From positions 102,674,001-102,738,000 of the forward strand of contig NC_087472.1 of NCBI RefSeq assembly GCF_036321535.1: DNA of 64,000 nt, read 5' to 3'. This DNA is from Camelus dromedarius. Taxonomy: Eukaryota. Of the stretch, positions 37,801 to 49,824 are shown in pieces; the first letter of the stretch is position 1, and every line of letters starts with the position of its first letter. The position numbers and the translations under genes were made by a program. Under the pieces are notes generated by a model, which was given only the letters and a program-made list of their open reading frames with translations, did not search any database and was not told where the DNA came from.

Positions 37801-38080
37801 TCTTCTATGTTGTCCAGTTTGTTGGCAGTTACATACTATTCTCTTACAGTTTTGTTTTTTCCCCTGCAGTATTGGTCGTTATTTCACCTCTTTCATTTCT
37901 TATTTTGTTTATTTGGGTCCTCTCTCTCTTCTTGGTGAGCCTAGTTCAGAGATTTGTTAATTTTGTTTATTCTTTCAAAAAAACCAGCTCTTGGTTTGAA
38001 TGATTTTTCTTTTTTTTTTTTTAACGTTTTATTTCCTCTCTGATCTTTGTTCCTTTCCTTGTGTTGTCTTATTCTTTAGT
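34880..38080 (-). mobile_element. Degenerate artiodactyl L1 (ORF2 and 3' UTR)
   Basis: ORF2 fragments 37049-37348, 36426-36683, 35956-36288; 3' UTR and poly(A) near 34880. Confidence 0.93.
36945..37052. repeat. 55-bp-period tandem duplication inside L1 ORF2
   Basis: 53 identical nt (aattttttacctcttcc...tttttcttac) at 36945 and 37000. Confidence 0.95.
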
Positions 38081-38089
38081 TCTTCCCAT

Positions 38090-38897
38090 ATTGCGTACGA
38101 TTGGCATAGATGTGTACAATATGATTCACAATTTTTAAATGTCATACTCCATATATAGTTATTATAAAATATTGGGTATATTTCCTGTGTTGTACAATTT
38201 ATCCTTTTTTTCATTTTTCAGTTTAGGTAGAATTATTACAATTTGACTGCACATATACACAATATACTGCACATATCTTTTAAATTTACATATATGTACT
38301 CTTCGTTGTTTCTAAGAACGTTTAACACTTTAAACTCACATAATTATCAAAAGAATAAAGCCAACCACAAAATAAGAATTTAGAAAGATACATACACCCT
38401 GCTGTTAACAGCAACATTGTAATTGCCAAGATAGGGAAGCATCCTAAGTGCCCATCAATAGTTGAATAGATAATGAAGATGCAGCATATATATGTAATGG
38501 AATACAACTCACCCATAAGAAAAAAGGATATTTTGCCATTTGTAGCCCTTCATTCACTTTCTTTTTCCACTTCAAAAACCAGAATTTTAACTGGCATAAA
38601 CATTTCCATTGCATCAAAAAGAACAAAATACCTAGAAATAACTAAGGTTACCTATACTCTGAAAACTGTTAAAACATTGATGAGGGAAATTGATGATGAT
38701 GCAAAGAAATGGAAAGATATCTTGTGCTCTTGGATTGGAAGAATCAACATTATCAAGATGGCCATGCTACCCAAAGCAATCTGCAGATCCAGTGCAACCC
38801 CCGCCAAATGTGACACAACATCTGTCACAGAACTAGAACAAACAATTCTAAAATTTATACAGAACCATAATAGACCCCAAATTGCCAAAGCAATCTT
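38090..38897. mobile_element. Mixed-orientation L1 fragments
   Basis: 3' end on - (38090-38210), ORF2 C-terminal piece on + (38330-38545), ORF2 piece on + (38590-38897; [15 protein letters not shown]). Confidence 0.8.
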
Positions 38898-40890
38898 TTG
38901 TAGGTCTTTTTTTTTTTTCTCTCTCTTTTTGTTCTCTTTTCTTATGGTTTGATAGCTAGAGAAGGTCCTTTAACATTTGTTGTAAAGCTGGTTTGGTGGT
39001 GCTGAAATAGTTTAGCTTTTGTTTATCTGTGAAGCTTTTGATTTCTCCATCAAGTCTGAACGAGAGCCTTGCTGGATAGAGTATTCTTGGTTGTAAGTTT
39101 TCCCCTTGCATCACTTTAAATATATCCATGCCACTCCCTTCTGGCCTGTAGAGTTTCTGCTGAAAACTCAGCTAATAACCTTATGGGAGTTCCCTTGTAT
39201 GTTACTTGTTGCTTTTCTCTTGCTAATTTTAATATTTTCTCCTTATCCTTAATTGTTGTCAATTTGATGACTGGGTGCCTTGGTGTGTTCCTCTTTGGGT
39301 TAATCCTGTGTAGAACTCTCTGTGCTTCCTGGACTTGGGTGACTATTTCCTTTCTCAAGCTGGGGAAGTTTTCAGTGATTATCTCTTCAAAAATTTTCTC
39401 AGGTCCTTTCTCTCTCTCTCCTCTTTCTGGGACCCCTATTATGCGAATATTAGAGCGCTTCATGTTTCCCAGAGTTCTCTTAAACTATCCTCATATCCTT
39501 TTTTATTCTTTTTTTCTTTTTTCTGTTCTGAAGTAGTGATTTCCACTAATCTGTCTTCTAGCTCACTGATCTGTTCTTCTGTCTCATTTAGTCTATTCTT
39601 GGTTCCTTCTAGTGCATTGTTCATTTCAGTGATTTCATTCTTCAACTCTGTTTGGGTATTCTTTATATTTTCCAACTCCTTGCTAAAAACTTCATTCTGT
39701 ACACTTCTCTCGAGTTCTCTGGACATCTTCACCACTGTTACTTTAAACTTTCTCAGATAAATTGCCTATCTCCTCATCACTTACTACTTCTGGGATTTTG
39801 TTGTGCCTTGGCCTGGGAGATATTCCTCTGATGCTTCATATTGTGTATCTTTCTATTTGTATTTTTAGGTAGGTTGGTTACGTTCCTCGACCTTGGAGAG
39901 GTGGCCCTCTGTGGGAGATGTCCTATGAATCCCAGCAGTACATGCCTCTCTTGTCACCCAAGGGCCAGGGTCCAGCTGGTCCTAATGTAGAGTCTGGCCT
40001 GTGTTTGTGCATTCCTTCCACAGGCTTTGGGATATCTGCCCCTGGTGGATGAGGCTGGACGACAGGCTTATGCAGGTTTCCTGGCAGGAGGAGCCTGCCC
40101 ACTGCTGGGTAAAGCTTGGTCCTGGACCTCTGGTGGGTAGGGCTGTGTCTAGAGGCCTTTGTGGCTCAGGAAGTCTGCTGATGGGTGTGGCTGTGTTCCC
40201 ACCCTGCATGTTGTTTGGTCTGAGGCTTCCCTACAGGCTGCTGGGTGGGGCTGGGTCTTGGTGCTAATGATCCAATCAAGATGTCAGCCTCCAGGAAAGC
40301 TCATGTAGATGAACACTCCTGGAATGTCTGCCACCAGCTTTTATGTCCCCTGAATGAGCCACAGCTGTCCCCCACGTCCCCAGGAGACCCTTCAAATCCA
40401 GCAGGCAGGTCTGGCCCAGGCTCCTGTGAAATCACTGCCTCTGCCCTTAGACCTGGCACATGGGAGAGTCTGTTTGTGTGCTTCCCAAGAGAGTGAAGTC
40501 TCTGTTTTCCCCAGTCCCGTGGGGCTCCTGGAGTTAAGCCCCCCTGGCCTTCAAAACCAAATGTCCTGGGGTCTCCTCATCCCAATGCCAGAACCCCAGG
40601 ATGGGGAGCCTGATGTGGGGCTCAGAGCTCTCACTCCTGTGGAAGGGCCTCTGTGACTTAATTACTCTTCAGCTTGTGGGTCGCCCACCCAGGGGTTAGG
40701 GCCCAATTATATCGCGAGCATGCCCCTCCTACTGTCCTGCTGTGGTTTCGTCTGTGTTTCCAGTTGAAGACGATCTTATTTGCTAGGTTCCAGTCTTTTC
40801 TCAATGGTTGTCTAGCAGTCAGTTGTTTCATTGTAGTTGCAAGAAGTGAGCTCGTGGTTCTACTACTCTGCCATCTTGACCAGAAATCTG
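38898..40890 (-). mobile_element. L1 5' part: 5' UTR plus ORF1
   Basis: Minus-strand start 'ggtcaagatggcagagtag'; ORF1p coiled coil (39460-39735) and RSNIRIIGVPE...TPRHPVIK...PIRLLAEFS (39116-39463). Confidence 0.92.
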
Positions 40891-41084
40891 CAATTCATCC
40901 TTGTAGCTTATTGTATATACATAAGTTTTTACCCAATGTATTTATTCTTTGCCCCAGTAATCCCATCTCTTGACATTGCTCCTAGATACGTATGTATATG
41001 AAAGGCCATGTGTAGGCGATTACTCATTGCAGTGTCTCAAAACCTAGCATCCAGCAATAGAGGCCTGTTTTATTGGAACATACT

Positions 41085-41230
41085 CATGCCCAATCATTTA
41101 TGTATTATCAAAGGCTGCTTTTGTGCTACAGGGAGGATTTGAGGGGTTATAACAGAGATTATGTGGCCCACAAAACCTAAAATACTAACTATCTGGCCCT
41201 TAAAAAAAAAAAAGCTTACTGACCCCAGTT
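41085..41230. mobile_element. MER58A-like hAT-Charlie fragment
   Basis: 'ggctgcttttgtgctaca...tggcccacaaaacctaaaata...ctatctggccctt'. Confidence 0.75.
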
Positions 41231-41444
41231 CTAAATGATTCCATTTAACAAAAATCTCACACATACTTGTATAGTAGATGCAAATACAAGTACAAAACAG
41301 TTAAAATAGAAAATTGTTACAAAGGAAACAGGTTTAAACCATGAGCTTCACTCTTGAGAATGCGCAAGAGATGGATGGTGTTCTTTTTCAGTTTGACAAT
41401 CCTTCCCCTCAAGAGAGAAAAGACGGAAGCAAGATTGCTTCATT

Positions 41445-41660
41445 TTTAATGTATCTGACAAGGATTCGTTGGATGTATACTCCAGGGACTGCAGGATGCA
41501 GAGAGCATGATCCTTCTTCTTGGGAGCTCACAGTCTTACGAGGGAGTCAGACATGTTAAATAATTACAATACAAAATGATGAGTGCTATAAGAAAGAGAA
41601 GGAAAAAGTGCCATGGGAGCAACAGTGGCAGCAGAAAATGTGTGAATCTGCTTCAGGCCT
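41445..41660 (-). mobile_element. L2 fragment
   Basis: 'ggagctcacagtct...aataattacaatacaaaatgatgagtgctata...gtgccatgggagca'. Confidence 0.65.
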
Positions 41661-42086
41661 TTAAAAAAAAGATCATGCATTGTAACAGAGAAACTATTTA
41701 CAAAAGGGTGTCAAGTTGAAATAAAAATTGCCAATGAGATAGGTTTATTCTTTCTGAGCAATGAGGGTAGTCAGAGAACATTTGCCTAATTCAAAACCCA
41801 AACAAAATATTTAGCCACAAGAATATTACTGTATCCTTTTTTTTTTTTTCTCTTCAGGGGTCTAACTTTACATAGCTAGATTTGTTTTTTAAATTTTGAC
41901 CTATTCAAACTTTTATAGTAAGTCATGTGATGCTTCATGAAAATGAAATCTGCATCTTATTTGTCCTAGGCATTTTACACAGAAGCAAAATGTATCTTTT
42001 TCCTCTTTTGGTTTACCATAGGCTTAGCACATAATAGAAGCATATCATTCATCAGTGTGTTTAAAAATGGAGAGTATTCATGTGAA

Positions 42087-42157
42087 TGGAGGGAGATGAG
42101 AAACCACTGGCTTCACTTCCTGTGGAGGGAGATGAGAAACCACTGGCTTCACTCCTG
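42087..42157. repeat. 36-bp tandem duplication
   Basis: tggagggagatgagaaaccactggcttcact(t)cctg twice in tandem. Confidence 0.95.
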
Positions 42158-42324
42158 TGTGCTGAGCTTTCATTTTCACTTTAGGTTAGTTCATACTGCT
42201 TGTTTTGGACACTATTCTAATGGAAGTTTCCTTAGTATTGCTCAGATATGGAACCTAAGGCAAAGACGTATGACAGAAGTGGATACACAAATTAGAAAGT
42301 TCAGGTTCACCCTGTTTCCTTGAT

Positions 42325-42770
42325 TGACTCCTTTTGTTCCTGCAGACCAACTCTCCACCCTTTCTACTCTTCTTTCTGGACCAAAAGGCTCACTTGCATG
42401 GATTCCATGAATGTGCTCTGGGTTCCAGTTGGGTTCAACCAACAAGAAGCCCCGGCTGATCACAGGAAGGGAAAAAAGTGAAGTTCTGGGTAATTGTTTC
42501 CCCACTTCTTCCAGTAGGAACATCATAAGCTGCAGCCCGCCACTGAAGGAAGGACTGGAGCCAATTTCACTTGACTCTCACTGTGTACAGGTTCCAGTAA
42601 CTGCCTTCCTGTTGGCTCTTCTCTGCCCTGTTGTTACTGGCCTTGGGGGCACTTCATCATTCCTGGTGATTTCCCTATAACCTCCAACATGTTTTTCAAT
42701 AGTTTCTTTATAAAACTCTCCTCTTATTAGCCCAGCTAACTGTACTGTGCCAGGGAATTGAGGGATTCAG
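42325..42770 (+). mobile_element. LTR33-like ERVL LTR
   Basis: 'ttccagttgggttcaacc', 'ttcatcattcctgg', 'aatagtttctttataaaactctc'. Confidence 0.6.
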
Positions 42771-42829
42771 AATATTCCTATAAGGTTGTTTTGCAAATCA
42801 AAAATCTTAAACGCATGAAGGAACTTACT

Positions 42830-45800
42830 AGAGAGATCAAGATGGACAAATAGAAGGACATGGAGTTCACCTTCTCCCACAAGTACATCTACATGTGGAA
42901 CAACTCTCACAGAATACCTGGTGAATACTGGCAGAAGAGCTCATACAACCAAAGCTGCAAGAAAGGTCACATAACCAGGTAGGACGGAAAAAAAAAATTG
43001 TAATGGGACATGTGCCCCCTGGCAGGTAGCTGTGAAAGAGGGAATGTTCCCTCACCTGGGAACTCCCTTAACTTGCTGGGGATCAACCAGGACAGAAAGA
43101 GAGCTTTCGAGGCTCAGAGGAGAGTGCAGCAATGGGCTTGCAGCAGGCAGAACAGAAATAGACCAGCATCGATGGTTCTGGATACCTCACTGCACTTCCC
43201 AGCCTGAGACGCATGTCTGCTAGTGCCCACGGGGGCTGGGTGCTGAAACTCGGGCTTCAGTCAACAGATCCAGGGAGAGGAGTAGGGTTGGCTGCTTGGA
43301 CATAGCCTGAAGGGGCTGGAGTGTGGTCCAGGCCACGACCAGGGATATATGCAGGACAGAGCCTAGGTCCACCATAGAAGCCCCGTTGTTAACATGCACT
43401 TGCAGGAAGAAATGGGGTCCTGCCATAGCAGCCTCATTCTTGGCATGCTCACAGCAGGCATGCCTCCACCATTCCGAGCTCTGGGACTGAGCAAGCACCC
43501 ACCAGTTGCCCACACAAGAAGGCAGGGCTGAAATCTGAGCCCTGTCCCAGCAGTTCTGCCACCCCCAGAGCTACATGCCACTTGTGCATTTGTAAATTCC
43601 TCACCTGCAGGACACCGGAGTGGACTATTGGTAGTCCCATGGCTGGGTAGGTCCTGTGTTAGTGGTTGCGGGCTTTGCCAAGGTCAGGGTCTGGGCTGTT
43701 CTCAAGCTCCCATGGTGGTCTCAGTCAGCAGATCTGTGCCAACAGATCTTTACTAGTGCCTTAGTGAGCACAGGGCCTGAGGGTAACATGAGCTGATTGC
43801 CTGCATTCCCACACTTGAGGTGGGGCCAACAACAGAGTACTTTCTGAGCCCACACAGTGGGTGACAGGTGACACCACAGAGCATGTTTCATGGTGGACAG
43901 TTCCTGTGGAGGAATACTCAGTAGCTCCTCTCCCAGTGAGAGTGTTCCAGTCCCACCTACCTCACACTGCAGCTCAGAAACGGATCTGAGGGCTTCTGCT
44001 CCCAACAACTGGGGTGCAGACCCTACCCCTGATAGGGCTGTGACCACCACAGAGCAAAGAGGAAGCCCTGCCCAACATCCAGTGCAGGGTCTGGGCACAA
44101 CACAAATTATGCCACCTATCAAGGGGATAATGGCCAGCACACATGGAGGAAAGACATGTCAGTCATCCATACTAAGAACAGCCGTTGCACCAAAAATATT
44201 AGGCTCTATAGAGGGATGCTCCCAGATAAGAAGAGTCCTTTAAGACCACAGTAGGTAACTGTTTCTCCTAAACTCAGAGTCAGAGAAAAGTAAGTAAAAT
44301 GAAAAAGCAGAGGAACCATTTGAAATTAAAAGATCAAGAGAATTCCCCTGAAAGAACAAACAGTGAAACAGACCTCTCCAGTCAAATAGACACTGAGTGC
44401 AAAAATGAGGTAAAAATACTGAAGGAATTAAGAAAGGCTATCAATAGAAATGCAGATTACTGTAAAAAGGGACTAGAAATTATCAAGAGGAGCCAATTAA
44501 AATTAGAAAACTCATTTGCTGAGACAAAAGCTGAGCTACAGGCAGTGATAGCAAACTGAATAATGCAGGAGAGTGAATGAGTGATCTGGAATATAGAGTA
44601 ACAGAAATCACGCAGTCAGAACAGCAGAAAAGAAAAATGAAAGAAATAAAAGCAGTATGAGTTCTAAAAGGGAAAAACCTGGAACTTCTGATACTCTATC
44701 CAGCAAGATCATCATTTAGAATAGGAGACAGCTTCTCACACAAGCAAAAACTCAACCAATATAGCAACCTACTCTAAAAGAAGTATTGACTCTAAGTAGA
44801 AAAGAAACAAGAATCTATAGGAAAGAGAAAATCAGGACTGGAATATAAGTCACTTAAATAAGCCAGTACACAGATTAAAAAATATTTTTTGTGTGTGAAA
44901 GCACTAACCACAATGAACAGCAAAAGGAGAAACTTAAAGATATAAAAGAGATGCAACACTGATAAAAGACAACACTAAACTGACTATATACTTCAATGAA
45001 AAAGATGTAAAAGAGGACACAAAAATAAAATGTGGGGGAGAGTAAGAAAATATAGATTTGTTTTTAGAATGTATTTGAGCTTGCATGACTACCAGTCTAA
45101 AGCAAGTAGCTATAGTAATGAGTTAATGTATTTGAAAAAGAGGGTAACCACAAATCAAAAACATACACTAGAATCATAAAAACCAAAAAGAAAGGAACAA
45201 AGAAATACAAAGTCAACTGGAAAACAAGGTTTAAGATGGCAATTAATACCTATCAATTACCTTAAATGTCAATAGACTAAATGCTCCCATCAAGACAGAG
45301 TGGCAGATTGGATAACAAAACAAGAGCCTACAGTATGCTGCTTACCAGAGACCCACTTTAGAGAGAAGGACACACATAGACAAAGTGAGAGGATGGAAAA
45401 AGATATTTCATGCAAACAGAAATGACAAGCCAGGGGTAAGCAATACTCCTCTCAGACAAAATAGACTTTAAAACAAAAGCCCCCCAAAAAGATAAAAGGG
45501 ACATTATATAATGATAAAAGGATCAATACAAGAAGAGGATATTACCCTCATTAAAATGTTTGTATCCAATATAGGAGCACCTAAATAAAACAAATACTGA
45601 TAGACATAAGAGCAGAAACTGATGAGACAATAATATTAGGAGACTTTAACACCCCCACTGACATCAATGGACAGATCTTCCAGAGAGTGTATCATTAAGG
45701 CAACAGAGATCCTAAATGATACAACAGAACATCCAAATAAACCAGAAAACACATTCTCCTCAAGTGCACATGGGACATTATCTCAGATAGACACATACTA

Positions 45801-46800
45801 GGACACAAAACAAGCCTCAACAAAATTTAAGATAGAAATTATTTCAAGCATCTTTTTGACCACAATGCCCTGAAACTAGAAATCAACCACAGAGAGAGAA
45901 ATGAGAAAAAACGATTACATGGAGACTAAACAGCATGCTACTTAAAAACTAATGGGTCAATGATGAACTCAAAGAGGAAGCTAAAAAATACCTTGAGACA
46001 AATGACAATGACTACACAACCATACAAAATCTACAGGATGTGGCAAAAGCAGGCCTAAGGGAAGTTCATAGCAACACAGGCCTTCCTCAAAAAACAAGAA
46101 AAATCTCAAACAACCTAACCTACCACCTAAAAGAATGATAAAAAGAACAAACAAAACCAAAAGTCAGCAGAAGCAAGGAAATAATAAAGATCAGAGAGAA
46201 AATAAATGAAGTCAAAATTTAAAAAATAAAAAAATACCAATAAAACCAAGAGCTGTTTTTTTTTTTTTTTGAAAGAGTAAACTAAATCAACAAACCTCTG
46301 GCCAGGCTCACCAAGATGAAAACAGAGGACCCAAATAAACAAAATTAAAAATCAAAGGGAAATAACTAATACTGCAGAAATACAAAAAACTATTATATGA
46401 TGAACAATTATATGTCAACAAATTGGACAACATGGAAAAATGATCAAGTTTCTAGAAACATACAGGCCACCAAAACTGAATCAAGAAGAAATAGGTAAGT
46501 TAAACACACCAATCACTAGAAGTGAAATAGAATCTATAATAAACTCCCTGCAAATCAAAGTCCAGGATCAGATGGCTTCAGCGGGGAATTCTGCAAAACA
46601 AGGAACTTATACCAATCCTCAAACTTCCCAAAGACTGAAGAGGAGGAAACACTGCCAAAGTCATTCTATCAAACCACTATCACTTTGATACCAAAACCAA
46701 AGACACTACCAAAAAAGAAAATTATAGGCCAATATCTCTGAGGAATATACATGCAAAAATTCTCAATGAAAGATTAGCAGACCAAATCCAACAATACATA
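42830..46800 (+). mobile_element. L1 5' portion: 5' UTR, internally deleted ORF1, ORF2 EN and linker
   Basis: Start 'gatcaagatggac...gaaggacatggagttcaccttctcccacaa'; ORF1 ATG at 44299; ORF2 from ~45236 with EN motifs; many frameshifts. Confidence 0.92.
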
Positions 46801-46990
46801 TAAAATAGATAAACAAGCTTATACTGTATAGCACAGGGAACTGTATTCAATATCTTACAGTAACTTATGGTTAAAAAGAATATGAAAAGGAATATATTCA
46901 TGTTCCTATATGACTTAAGTATTGTGCTGTACACCAGCAATTGACAGAACATTGTAAACTGACTATACTTCAATAAAAATACAAAAAAAT
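46797..46990 (+). mobile_element. L1 3' UTR fragment joined into L1 ORF2
   Basis: 'tataaaatagataaacaag...agcacagggaact...cttcaataaaaa'. Confidence 0.85.
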
Positions 46991-48250
46991 TAACTCAAAA
47001 TGGCTTTAAAGACTTAAACAAAAGACAAGACACTATAAACCTCTTAGAATAAAAAGGCAAAACATTATCTGACTTAAATATTAGCAATGTTCTCCTAAGG
47101 CATTCTATCCAGGCAAGATAAATAAAAGCAAAAATAAATGGGACCTAATTAAACTTACAAGCTTTTGCACAGCAAAGAAACCATAAGCAAAACAAAATGA
47201 CAACCTACAGAATGGGAGAAGTATCTGCAAATGAGACTGACGAGGGGTTAATTTCTAGAATATATAAACAACTCATACAAATTAGTAACAAAAACCCCCC
47301 AAACAACCCAGTCCAAAAATGGGCAGAAGACCTAAACAAGCAATTCTCCAATGAAGAAATACAAATGGTCAATAGGCACATGAAAAAATGCTCAGTATCA
47401 CTAATTATCAGAGCAATGCAAACCAGAACTACGATGAGGTATCACATCACACTAGTCAGAATGACCATCATTGAAAAGTTCACCAACAGTAAATGCTGGA
47501 GAGACTGTGGAGAAAAGGGAACCCTCCTACATTATTGGTAAGAATGTAGTTGGTGCAGCCATTATGGAAGACAGTTGGAGATATCTCAAAAGACTGAAAA
47601 TAGACTTACCATATGATCCAGCAATCCCACTCCTGGGCATATATCTGGAGGGAACTCTAATTCAAAAAGATAAGTGCACCCCAATGTTTGTAGTAGCACT
47701 ATTTACAATAGCCAAGACATGGAAACAACCTAAATGTCCATCAACAGATGACTGGATGAAGAAGCAGTGGTATATTTATACAATGGGATACTACTCAGCC
47801 ATAAAAGATAATAAAATAATGCCATTTGCAAAAACATGGATGGACCCAGAATTGCCTGGAGACTGTCATTCTAAATGAAGGAAGCCAGAAAGAGAAAGAA
47901 AAATACCGTATGATATCACTTATATGTGGAATCTAAAAAAAATACAAAACACAAATGACCTTATCTACAAAACAAAAGGACTCAAAACATAGAAAACAAA
48001 CTTACAGTTACCAAGGGGATAAGTGGGTGGGAAGATATAAATTGGGAGTTCAAGATTTGCAGATACAAACTACTATATATATAAAACAGTTAAACAAGTT
48101 TATACTGTAGAGCACATGAACTATATTCAATATCTTGTAGTAACCTATAATTAAAAAATGAAAACAATTATATGTATGACTCAACTATTATGCTGTACAC
48201 CAGAAATTGACACAGAAACTAAACTGATTATACTTCAATAACAAAAATAA
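46985..48250 (+). mobile_element. L1 ORF2 C-terminal part plus 3' UTR
   Basis: [36 protein letters not shown]; 3' UTR and A-tail at ~48240. Confidence 0.92.
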
Positions 48251-48519
48251 ATTAAGGACAGAAATGACAACTAACCACTCTGGGGCGTCTGAGGAATAAT
48301 AATCAGCCTTGCTTCTAAGTCAAAACCAAAAATGGACTCCCCCCTCCCCCCAAAAAAACCTCCACAAAAACAAAGAATAAACCCTTTTACCTATGTATTT
48401 CTTTTGTTGAAGTATAGTTGATTTACAATATCATATTAGTTTCAGATGTACAGCATGGTAATTCAGTATATGCACAGATTATACTCCAAAATGTTGTTAC
48501 AGTAATAATAAACTTATAT

Positions 48520-49820
48520 AGCCAAAAAAAAAAAAATTCTTTTAAAATAACACCCAGAAAAGTAAAATACTTAGGAATAAATCTGACCAAGGAGGTGAAA
48601 AACATATATGGAGATCTACAGAACATTGATTGAGGAAATTAAAGATGACTTAAAGAAATGGAAAGATAGCCCATGCTCTTGGATTGGAAGAATTAATACT
48701 GTTGAAATGGCCATACTACCCAAAGCAATCTACAGATTTAATGTGATCTCTATCAAATTACCCAGGACATTTTTCACAGAACTAGAACCAATAATCCTAA
48801 AATTTATATGGAATCACAAAAGACCCAAAACTGCCAAAGCAGTTTTGAAGAAAAAGAACAAAGCTGGAGGAATAAACCCTCCCAGACTTCAGACAATACT
48901 ACAGAGCTATAGTAATCAAAACAGCATGGTATTGGCACAAAAATAGACATATGGATCAATGCAACAGAATAGAGAGCACAGAAATAAACCCAAAGAGTCA
49001 CAGTCAATTAATCTTCTACAAAGGAGGCAAGAATATACAATGGAGAAAAGACAGTCTCTTCAGCAAGTGGTATTGGGAAAAACCAGACAGCCACATATAA
49101 ATCAATGAGGTTAGAACACTCCCTCACACCATAAACAAAAATAAATTCAAAATGGCTTAAAGACTTAAATATGACAATACACTGTAAATCTCCTAGAAGA
49201 AAACATATCTGTCTGTCTGTCTATCTCCGGAGGGAACTCTAATTTGAAAAGATACATGCACCCCAATGTTCATAGCTGCACTATATACAACAGCCAAGTC
49301 ATGGAAATAACCTAAATGTCCATTAACAAAGGACTGGATAAAGAAGCTGTGGTATATTTATTCAATGTAATACTACTCATCCTCAAAAAAGAGTAAAATA
49401 ATGCCATTTGCAGCAACATGGATGGGTCTGGAGATCATCATTCTAAGTGAAGTAAGCCAGAAAGAGAAAGAAAAATACCATATGATATCACTCATATGTG
49501 GAATCTAAAAAAAATGACAAATGAACTTACCTAAAAAACAGAAACAGACTCACAGACATAGTAAACAAACTTACGGTTATTGGCAGAGGAGGTAGGAAGT
49601 GATAAATTGGGAGTTTGAGATTTGAAAATATTAACTACTGTATATAAAATTGATAAACAAATTTCTTGTGTATAGCACAGGGAACTATATTCAAAATCTT
49701 ATAGTAGCCTATAATGAAAAATATGAAAATGAATATATGTATGTATACATATGATTGAAACATTATGCTGTACACCAGAAATCAACACATTGTAACTGAC
49801 TATATTTCAATTAAAAAAGA
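48520..49820 (+). mobile_element. L1 ORF2/3' UTR with an internal deletion at ~49205-49230
   Basis: [15 protein letters not shown]...; jumps from LEENI to PEGTLI across a (TCTG)n filler; preceded by a minus-strand L1 3' stub at ~48400-48485. Confidence 0.9.
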
Positions 49821-49824
49821 GATA

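Noticed and set aside
34880..40890. One full-length minus-strand L1
   Set aside because: No matching TSD at the ends and the middle is replaced by mixed-orientation fragments; a common origin cannot be shown.
42087..42157. CRISPR-like repeat
   Set aside because: Two adjacent units with no spacer, in mammalian DNA; a simple tandem duplication.
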